From Myxococcota bacterium (GTDB lineage: Bacteria > Myxococcota > JACRCW01): a stretch of 27,058 bases of DNA. Each line of letters begins with the position of its first letter. Position 1 is the stretch's first letter. The stretch is from contig JBFMGU010000145.1 in NCBI GenBank assembly GCA_040752415.1, forward strand, positions 1 to 27,058, read 5' to 3'. Position numbers and translations under genes: made by a program. The notes under the pieces were generated by a model. The model saw only the letters and a program-made list of their open reading frames with translations. It ran no database searches and was not told where the DNA came from. Shown piece after piece: positions 17,601-24,818 of this stretch.

Positions 17601-19814
17601 ATGGCCAAGCTGAATGACATCATTGAAAAAGTCCGCAGCTACCACCCCCAGGCGGACTTCGATCTGATCAAACGCGCCTACGTGTACAGCACCAAGGCGC
17701 ACGGTGGTCAGGTCCGCAAGAGCGGTGAGCCCTACGTCACGCACCCGCTCGACGTGGCCTACATCCTGGCTGAGCTCAAGCTCGACGAAGCCTCGGTCTG
17801 CACCGGCCTCCTGCATGACACCGTCGAGGACACGCTCGCCACGCTCGAGGAGATCGAAGGGCTGTTCGGCAAGGAGATCGCCGCGCTCGTCGACGGCGTG
17901 ACCAAGCTCGGACAGATCGAGTTCAGCAGCGCGGAGGAGAAGCAGGCGGAGAACTTCCGCAAGATGCTCCTGGCCATGGCCAAGGACATCCGCGTGGTGC
18001 TGGTGAAGCTCGCGGACCGGCTCCACAACATGCGGACCATGGACTTCATGAAGGCGGAGAAGCAGGAGCGGATCTCGCGTGAGACGCTGGAGATCTACGC
18101 CCCGCTGGCCAACCGCCTCGGTATCTCCTGGGTCAAGATCGAGCTGGAGGACCTGGCGTTCCGCTACACGCACCCGCGTGAGTACCAGGAGATCAGCGAC
18201 GCGCTGGGCTCCACCAAGAAGGAGCGCGAGAAGTTCATTGAAGAGGTGGTGGACATCATCCGCAAGAAGCTCAAGGGCACCTCGCTCGAGGGCGCGGAGG
18301 TCACCGGACGGCCCAAGCACCTCTACTCCATCTACAAGAAGATGCGGGACAAGCAGGTCAGTGTCGACGAGCTCAACGACATCATTGCCTTCCGCATCCT
18401 CTGCGACAACGTGGGCCAGTGCTACGAGGCGCTGGGTCACATCCACAGCCTGTGGCGACCGGTCCCGGGACGTTTCAAGGACTACATCGCCATGCCCAAG
18501 CCCAACATGTACCAGTCGCTGCACACCAGCGTGGTGGGGCCGCACGGGCAGCGCGTGGAAGTGCAGATCCGCACGCACGAGATGCACGCCATCGCGGAAG
18601 AAGGCATCGCGGCGCACTGGAAGTACAAAGAGAAGGGCAGCATCTCCGCCGCCACCAAGGATGACCGCAAGTTCGCGTGGCTGCGCCAGCTGCTGGAATG
18701 GCAGCAGGAGCTCAAGGACCCCACCGAGTTCATTGAGAGCGTGAAGGTCGACCTCTTTGCCGACGAGGTCTACGTCTTCACGCCCAAGGGCCACGTGCTG
18801 GAGCTGCCGCGCGGCGCCACGCCGGTGGACTTTGCCTACGCCATCCACTCCGACGTGGGCGACAAGTGCAGCGGCGCCAAGGTCAACGGCCGCATCGTCC
18901 CGCTGCGCCACCAGCTCAAGAACGGCGACATGGTGGAGGTGCTCACCAGCCCGCACCAGAAGCCGAGCAAGGACTGGCTGCAGTTCGTCAAGAGTGGTCG
19001 CGCGCGCAACCGCATCCGCGCGTACATCCGCCTGGCCGAGCGGGAGAAGAGCGCGCAGATTGGCCGCGAGCTGCTGGACAAGGAGTTCAAGCGGTTTGGC
19101 CAGAACTTCAACAAGTTCGAGAAGAACGGCGAGCTGGTGAAGGCGTTTGCCGACGGGAAGCACCGCAACCTCGAGGACATCCTCGTGGCGGTGGGCTACG
19201 GCAAGCTCAACCCGCACCAGGTGGCGGAGAAGGTGCTGCCGCCCGACGTCATCCAGAAGGCCAATGAGAGCGTCCCGCCCCCCGCGCACGAGACGCCGCA
19301 GCAGAGCAAGCTGGGTGCGCTGCTCAGCAAGGTCCCGCTGGGTCGGAGCGGTGGTTCCAGCGGCGTCAAGATCGAGGGAATCGACGAGATGATGGTGCGG
19401 TACGGCAAGTGCTGCAATCCGGTGATGGGTGACCCCGTCGTGGGATTCGTGACGCGCGGCCGCGGCCTCACCATCCACACCAAGGACTGCCCGCAGGCCA
19501 CGGAGATGGACCCGGCCCGTCGCATCGACGTCAGCTGGGACAACAAGGTCCGCTCCGCGCGCCCCGTCACCATCCGCGTGGTCACCGAGGACCGCGAAGG
19601 CATGCTGGCCGACCTCAGCCAGGTGTTCACCCGCAACGGCGTCAACATCACCGTGGCGCATTGTCGCGCGCTGGAGGATGGCGGCGCGGTGAACAGCTTC
19701 AAGGTGGGGATTGTCGACGTGGAGCAGCTGCGCAAGGTGTGCAAGCAACTGGAAGGTGTCCGCGGCGTGCACAAGGTTGACCGCGCGCGTGGTGAGATGG
19801 AGCTGGAGAGCTGA
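17601..19814 (+). CDS. rel: Bifunctional (p)ppGpp synthetase/hydrolase (Rel; RelA/SpoT homolog)
   Basis: RKSGEPY..HP and intact LHDTVED hydrolase motif, KLADRLHNMRT, GRPKHLYSIYKKM, RFKDYIA (RxKD), YQSLHT, EVQIRT, GIAAHWKYKE, TGS (TPVDFAYAIH), CCNP...H..DC zinc finger, and C-terminal ACT domain. Confidence 0.98.
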   Translation: MAKLNDIIEKVRSYHPQADFDLIKRAYVYSTKAHGGQVRKSGEPYVTHPLDVAYILAELKLDEASVCTGLLHDTVEDTLATLEEIEGLFGKEIAALVDGVTKLGQIEFSSAEEKQAENFRKMLLAMAKDIRVVLVKLADRLHNMRTMDFMKAEKQERISRETLEIYAPLANRLGISWVKIELEDLAFRYTHPREYQEISDALGSTKKEREKFIEEVVDIIRKKLKGTSLEGAEVTGRPKHLYSIYKKMRDKQVSVDELNDIIAFRILCDNVGQCYEALGHIHSLWRPVPGRFKDYIAMPKPNMYQSLHTSVVGPHGQRVEVQIRTHEMHAIAEEGIAAHWKYKEKGSISAATKDDRKFAWLRQLLEWQQELKDPTEFIESVKVDLFADEVYVFTPKGHVLELPRGATPVDFAYAIHSDVGDKCSGAKVNGRIVPLRHQLKNGDMVEVLTSPHQKPSKDWLQFVKSGRARNRIRAYIRLAEREKSAQIGRELLDKEFKRFGQNFNKFEKNGELVKAFADGKHRNLEDILVAVGYGKLNPHQVAEKVLPPDVIQKANESVPPPAHETPQQSKLGALLSKVPLGRSGGSSGVKIEGIDEMMVRYGKCCNPVMGDPVVGFVTRGRGLTIHTKDCPQATEMDPARRIDVSWDNKVRSARPVTIRVVTEDREGMLADLSQVFTRNGVNITVAHCRALEDGGAVNSFKVGIVDVEQLRKVCKQLEGVRGVHKVDRARGEMELES

Positions 19815-19817
19815 GGC

Positions 19818-20777
19818 TCAGCGCAACGTCCACACCGCCAACGTCCCGTCCTCCATTCCCATCACCACCGTGCTGCCCTGCGAGACCACCGCGCGCACCG
19901 GGGTGCTCGACGCCGTGAACGTGCCAAACACGCCGTTCTCCGCGTTCCCCACCGCCACGGTGCCGTCGTACGTGCCGGCCACCACCTTCTGACCTGTGAG
20001 CGTCACGCACGTGGGGTCGCCCGGCAGGTCCCACTCCTTGACGACGTCACCGTTGATCCGGCTCAGACGCATCTTCCGGTCCCCTCCCACGGAGGCAATG
20101 CCCACCGCCGGGTCCACCGCCACCGCCGTCACGCCGCCGCTGTGCGCCTGGAAGGAGCCCACCATGATGCCGCTGGTGGGGCCGTAGCGACGGATCATGC
20201 CGTCGGCGCTGCCCACCACGAGCGCGTTGTCGTCCTGGAACGTCAGCGTGGTGGCCTGCTGGTTGATGGTGGTGGGCGTGGTGCCCTGGAACACCTTGAT
20301 GGTGTTGTTGGAGAGCGAGGCCGCCAGCAATCCCGACGGGGAATAGCTCACCGCGCGGATGGGGAAGACGGTGTCGCTGAGCGTGGCAATGGCTTCACTG
20401 TTGGTGGCGTCCCAGACCTTGAGCGGATTGTTCTGTCCCCCCGTGGCCAGCGTGGTTCCGTCGACGTTGAACGCCGCGGCGCTCACCTGCCCCGCCGCCA
20501 CCGCGAATCCGCGCACGATGGCGCCGGACAGCTCGCGGATGTCCAACGCGCCGCTCTGGCCCACCGCCACTTCCATCGTCGCCGGACGCCAGGCCAGCGC
20601 CGCAATGGCCCGCCCCACGTTGGACTGCGCCTGCAGGTCCGCCACCACCGGAGCACCCGCGTCTTCCGACGTGCCCGCATCCGCCGTGCTGCCGGTGGAG
20701 GTGCAGGCCGCGACGGAGAGCAGGAGCAGGAGCGCCGCGCGCTCAACCGGTGACGACGTTGAAGAGGCCATCATCAT
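19818..20777 (-). CDS. WD40-repeat beta-propeller lipoprotein
   Basis: Lipobox LLSVAAC. Blades LATGGQNNPLKVWD, VSYSPSG, HSGGVTAV, ASVGGDRKMRL, GMEDGTLAVW. Start is one of three consecutive Met codons (20777, 20774 or 20771). Confidence 0.82.
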   Translation of the reverse strand: MMMASSTSSPVERAALLLLLSVAACTSTGSTADAGTSEDAGAPVVADLQAQSNVGRAIAALAWRPATMEVAVGQSGALDIRELSGAIVRGFAVAAGQVSAAAFNVDGTTLATGGQNNPLKVWDATNSEAIATLSDTVFPIRAVSYSPSGLLAASLSNNTIKVFQGTTPTTINQQATTLTFQDDNALVVGSADGMIRRYGPTSGIMVGSFQAHSGGVTAVAVDPAVGIASVGGDRKMRLSRINGDVVKEWDLPGDPTCVTLTGQKVVAGTYDGTVAVGNAENGVFGTFTASSTPVRAVVSQGSTVVMGMEDGTLAVWTLR

Positions 20778-21987
20778 AGGTGCTCAGCGATTCCATGATC
20801 GGCGGGGGGAGCGGGATGCCGTGCGTGGTGATGGTGATGCGCTTGGGCCGCACGCCGTCGAGGAGATAGGCGTGGCGCAGCGCCGGGTCATGGTTGACGC
20901 CCTTCCAGAACGCGCCGGGCGTGAACGCCTCGTACTTCGAGACCGCCTCATTGCCCCAGTACTCGACGAGGTACTTGTTCCAGTAATCCGCCTGGATTGG
21001 GTAGATGGGGAAGAGATCGATCGGCGAGGGGAACATGTCGTCGAGGGCGGTGAGAAGGCGTGAGCCCACCGCGTCGTGATCACCGGGATGCGTGGTGGCC
21101 AGGATGAGCGCGTGCGGCAGGTCCACCGTGGTGCCCTGGTCGGGGCCGATGTCGAGCAACACCTTGGATGCGTAGGTGAAGACGAGCCGCAGGCGCTCCT
21201 TGATCTCCCGCGTGTACGTGATCTCCGTGTACTTCTCATACGTGCTGGCGCCCTTCTGGTGGAACTCCAGGCGGCTGTCGTCGCGGAGCCAGCCCACGGC
21301 CACCTTCAGCGCCATGGTGTAGCCCGCCACCGCGTGCGCGCTCAGTCGCGGCATGTAGATGATGTGGTCCACGTCGCGGATGATGTTGGGGACGTTGATG
21401 GGTCCCTTCCAGTGACTCAGCGACGGAGGCGTGGCCGCGAAGTAGCCGGTCTCGAACGGCTCGTCGTCGAAGAAGTGCACCTCCGCGCCCGCGTCCCGTG
21501 ACGCCTGCATGAGCCCGTTCTGCTCGAACATGCTGCGGGTGGCGCCCACCTTGCTGTCGGCGCGATAGCGCACCCACTCAATGCCCGCCTGGTCCGCCAC
21601 CACCACGCGCCCCGCGCCCTTCTCCTTGAGGAAACGCACCATGCCGCGGATGGCGTCGCCCGACGTCGTCGAGGGGTGCTGGTACTTGGAGTTGCTGGCC
21701 ACCTTCAGCAGCACGCTCTCACCGGGTTTGAGCCAGCTGAAGTCCAGCTTCCGGCACACCTCCACGACGGAATCCGGGCCCTTGTCCAGCTGGGCCAACA
21801 TCACGTTCCCTTCGCGCGTGCGCGGGAGCTTCTCGTAGTCGGGGCTGGGTTCCTGGTAGTCCACGCCGTCACCGCACGACGACAGCACGCCCGCGGTGAG
21901 CGGAACCGCCGCCGCTCCGCGCAGGAGCATGCGACGCGTGAAACCGGGATGGGACGGGGATTCTCGGGCAGGGCGCTTGGGAGCCAT
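20743..21987 (-). CDS. DUF362-domain protein with twin-arginine lipoprotein signal
   Basis: FTRRMLLRG...VLSSC (Tat motif plus lipobox). KPGESVLLK, PSTT, GAGRVVVAD and DHIIYMPRLSAHAVAGYTMALK..VG fit the DUF362 pattern. Confidence 0.8.
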   Translation of the reverse strand: MAPKRPARESPSHPGFTRRMLLRGAAAVPLTAGVLSSCGDGVDYQEPSPDYEKLPRTREGNVMLAQLDKGPDSVVEVCRKLDFSWLKPGESVLLKVASNSKYQHPSTTSGDAIRGMVRFLKEKGAGRVVVADQAGIEWVRYRADSKVGATRSMFEQNGLMQASRDAGAEVHFFDDEPFETGYFAATPPSLSHWKGPINVPNIIRDVDHIIYMPRLSAHAVAGYTMALKVAVGWLRDDSRLEFHQKGASTYEKYTEITYTREIKERLRLVFTYASKVLLDIGPDQGTTVDLPHALILATTHPGDHDAVGSRLLTALDDMFPSPIDLFPIYPIQADYWNKYLVEYWGNEAVSKYEAFTPGAFWKGVNHDPALRHAYLLDGVRPKRITITTHGIPLPPPIMESLSTYDDGLFNVVTG

Positions 21988-22004
21988 TGCCCGGGAGCGT
22001 AGCA

Positions 22005-22184
22005 GAAGTCAGAGGGTGTCGGAGAATCCCCAAGAGGGAGTCAGAAGTCAGAAGTCAGAAGGTGGTCCCGTGACGACGAGGGCGAGCCTTGGGATTCTCC
22101 AGACAGACCTTCAGCAATCACAAGGTTTCCCGCGACAACGACGGGTCAGCGCCTTCTGACTTCTGACTACTGACTTCCTTTGGG
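22005..22184. repeat. Second heptamer inverted-repeat element, with an additional overlapping inverted repeat (MITE/REP-like)
   Basis: CCCAAGAG GGAGTCA GAAGTCA GAAGTCA GAAGG (22029-22062) is inverted with CCTTC TGACTTC TGACTAC TGACTTC CTTTGGG (22152-22184). GGTGTCGGAGAATCCCCAAG (22015-22034) is inverted with CTTGGGATTCTCCAGACAGACC (22088-22109). A lone GAAGTCA sits at 22005. Confidence 0.88.
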
Positions 22185-22191
22185 TTCCCCT

Positions 22192-23151
22192 TCACGAACG
22201 GGACAGCGCCGGCTGCGGCGGCACCGTGGCCACCGCGGGCTCCGGCCTCGGCTCCACGACGTGACCACGCCCCTCATCCAGCACGCGCTTCGGCGGCAGA
22301 CGCACCTCCCACACCAGCCCCACCGCATGCAGCGCGCGGATGACGTAGTACGTGAAATCAACCTCCCACCAGAAGAACCCCTGCGGACAGCTGGACTGGT
22401 AGTGGTGATGGTTGTTGTGCCAGCCCTCGCCCATGGTCAGCAGCGCGAGGAAGAAGTTGTTCTTGCTCGTGTCGGTGGTGGCGTAGCGACGGGAACCGAA
22501 CACGTGGCTGAGGCTGTTGATGGTGAACGTGCCGTGCCACAGGAACACGGTGCTGAGGAAGAAGCCCCAGAACAACGCAGGCGTACCGCCGACGAGCAGC
22601 AACGTCACCGCCATCAACGTGGGCGGGAGCCACCAGTGCTTGTCCAGGAAGCGCAGCTCCGGGAAACGGGCGAAGTCCTGGATCTTCTCGAGCGGCGCGC
22701 GGTCGTATTGCGGAGAGAGCAGCCAGCCCATGTGGCTCCACCAGAAGCCGTGGCGCACGGGGCTGTGCAGGTCGGATTCCTGGTCGGAATGCTTGTGGTG
22801 ATGACGGTGATGGCCGGCCCACCACAGGACGCCTTTCTGCGCGCTCGTCGTGGCCAGGAAGGCCAGCAGGAACTGGAAGACGCGACCGGTCTGGAAGCTG
22901 CGGTGCGCGAAGTAGCGGTGATAGCCGCCGGTGATGCCAAACATCCGCAGGTAGTACATGGCCACGCACAGCAGCACGGCCTGCCAGCTGAACCCGACGA
23001 AGAACACACCCAGCGCCGCCAGGTGCATGGCCACGAAGGGAATGAGCGCCACGCTGACGGGGAGGCGCTGGGGGGCGCGCGCGGACAACGTCAGGTCCAG
23101 CGCGGTCTGGCCCGGTTTCTCGACGAAAGGTGGGTTGCGGGTGCTGCGCAT
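22192..23151 (-). CDS. Membrane acyl-CoA/acyl-lipid desaturase (delta-9 type)
   Basis: His boxes GYHRYFAHRS, HHRHHHKHSD and GEGWHNNHH, plus DLHSP, FWWSHMGW, INSLSH. AAGGA RBS upstream. Confidence 0.95.
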   Translation of the reverse strand: MRSTRNPPFVEKPGQTALDLTLSARAPQRLPVSVALIPFVAMHLAALGVFFVGFSWQAVLLCVAMYYLRMFGITGGYHRYFAHRSFQTGRVFQFLLAFLATTSAQKGVLWWAGHHRHHHKHSDQESDLHSPVRHGFWWSHMGWLLSPQYDRAPLEKIQDFARFPELRFLDKHWWLPPTLMAVTLLLVGGTPALFWGFFLSTVFLWHGTFTINSLSHVFGSRRYATTDTSKNNFFLALLTMGEGWHNNHHHYQSSCPQGFFWWEVDFTYYVIRALHAVGLVWEVRLPPKRVLDEGRGHVVEPRPEPAVATVPPQPALSRS

Positions 23152-23207
23152 CGCGGTCCTTCACGGGACCAACGCGGTCCCTCACTGATGCGCAATATGG
23201 CGAGGGC

Positions 23208-23225
23208 CTGTCACGGTCCTGTCAC
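23208..23225. promoter_or_regulatory. Pho-box-format direct repeat (putative OmpR/PhoB-family binding site)
   Basis: CTGTCAC-GGTC-CTGTCAC, a 7-4-7 layout with 11-bp period, in the divergent desaturase/GT2 intergenic region. Confidence 0.5.
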
Positions 23226-23242
23226 GGGTGGCGAACTCCGCC

Positions 23243-23272
23243 TTGACGATCACCCCGCGTGCTTCCTACACG
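23243..23272 (+). promoter_or_regulatory. Putative sigma70-type promoter of the GT2 gene
   Basis: TTGACG (23243-23248), 18-nt spacer, TACACG (23267-23272), ending 10 nt before ATG 23283. Same architecture as the candidate dksA promoter. Confidence 0.4.
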
Positions 23273-23282
23273 CGCTGCACGC

Positions 23283-24818
23283 ATGCCCCTGTCCTGGCCC
23301 CAAACGTGCCTGCTGCTGGCCTACTACGGGGCCATGCTCTGCCTGGCGGCCTTGAGCCTGCACCGCGTGCTCCTGGCGTGGCCGTGGCGTTCACGTCGTC
23401 AGGTGGGGGCGCCGCCGGAGCTGCCGGGGTCCCTGCCCCGCGTGACCGTCCAGCTCCCCGTCTTCAACGAGGCCGACGTGGTGGAGCGTCTCATTGACGC
23501 CACCGCCTCGCTGGACTGGCCGCGCCACCTGCTGGAGATCCAGGTCCTGGATGACTCCACCGACGAGACCGTCACCCTGGCGGCGGCGTGCGCGGCGCGC
23601 TGGCGTGAGCGTGGCGTCGAGGTCCACCACATCCGCGGCGACCGCACGGGATTCAAGGCCGGCGCGCTGCAACGCGGGCTGGGCCTGGCGCGGGGGGAGC
23701 TGATTGCGATCTTCGACGCCGACTTCGTCCCGCCACGCGACTTCCTCCGTCGGACGGTGGGCCACTTCAACGCCGCCGACGTGGGCCTGGTGCAGGTCCG
23801 TTGGGGCCATCTCAACGAGGGCGCGAGCCTGTTGACGCGCGTGCAGGCGCTGATGCTTGACGGTCACTTCTGCGTGGAGCAGGCGGGCCGTTCCGCGCGC
23901 GGTGCCTGCTTCAACTTCAACGGCACGGCCGGCGTGTGGCGACGCGCGGCCATTGAGACCGCGGGCGGATGGCGCGCGGACACGCTCACGGAGGACCTGG
24001 ACCTCAGCTACCGCGCGCAGCTGGCCGGTTGGCGCTTCATCTACCGCGACGACGTGGTGGCCCCCGCGGAGCTCCCCGCCGAGATGGCCGCGTTCAAGGG
24101 CCAGCAGCACCGCTGGACCAAGGGCTCCGCGCAGACCGCGCAACGGCTCCTCCCCGCGTTGTGGCGCTCCAACCTGCCGCTGCGCATCAAGCTGGAGGCC
24201 ACCGCGCACCTCGTCAACAACGTGGCCTACGTGCTCATTGCGCTGCTCGCGCTGCTCATGCCGGTGGTCCCGACCGCGGCGCGTGAGATGGGCCTGCGCA
24301 ACCTGGGCACCCTCGACGCGGCCTTGTGGCTGCTGGGCATGGGCGCGTTGAGCGTGTTCTACGTCGTGGCGTCACGTCGTGCGGGAAGGAGCCCGTGGGC
24401 GGCGCTGGTGCGACTGCCGGCGCTGGTGGCGCTGGGTGCGGGCATCTCGGTGGCCAATGCGCGCGGTGTCGTCGGAGCGGCGCTCAGCGTTCCCTCCCCT
24501 TTCGTGCGGACGCCCAAGCGTGGCGACGCACACGTGCCGCGCTACCGCGCCCGCGTGGGACTGCTTCCGCTCATGGAGCTGGGGCTGGCCGCGTGGCTGA
24601 TGTCCGGCGTGGTCAGCCTGGCGCAACAGGGCCTCTACGCCACCTTGCCCATGCTGGCGGTGTTCAGCGCCGGGCTGCTCTGGGTGGGGAGTGCGTCGCT
24701 GCGCCAGGTCTTCACGTCGGTGAGGAACCCGGCCAGCAACACCGTCCAGATGACGGGCGCGGTCCAGGAGGATTCCTCCCAGGAGACCTGCGCTCCGTCG
24801 GTGCGCCAGACCGCGTAG
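23283..24818 (+). CDS. Cellulose-synthase-like (CslA-like) family 2 glycosyltransferase
   Basis: VQLPVFNE, EIQVLDDSTD, GFKAGAL, IFDADF, FNGTAGVWR, TEDLDLSYRAQL and QQHRW (D,D,D,QxxRW). One N-terminal TM and several C-terminal TMs. Confidence 0.92.
   Translation: MPLSWPQTCLLLAYYGAMLCLAALSLHRVLLAWPWRSRRQVGAPPELPGSLPRVTVQLPVFNEADVVERLIDATASLDWPRHLLEIQVLDDSTDETVTLAAACAARWRERGVEVHHIRGDRTGFKAGALQRGLGLARGELIAIFDADFVPPRDFLRRTVGHFNAADVGLVQVRWGHLNEGASLLTRVQALMLDGHFCVEQAGRSARGACFNFNGTAGVWRRAAIETAGGWRADTLTEDLDLSYRAQLAGWRFIYRDDVVAPAELPAEMAAFKGQQHRWTKGSAQTAQRLLPALWRSNLPLRIKLEATAHLVNNVAYVLIALLALLMPVVPTAAREMGLRNLGTLDAALWLLGMGALSVFYVVASRRAGRSPWAALVRLPALVALGAGISVANARGVVGAALSVPSPFVRTPKRGDAHVPRYRARVGLLPLMELGLAAWLMSGVVSLAQQGLYATLPMLAVFSAGLLWVGSASLRQVFTSVRNPASNTVQMTGAVQEDSSQETCAPSVRQTA

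Noticed and set aside
17544..19772. 742-aa minus-strand ORF (likewise 6432-8528, 9846-11201 and 15304-16959)
   Set aside because: Antisense to well-supported genes (rel, the propeller protein, the WcaJ-type transferase and pilT).
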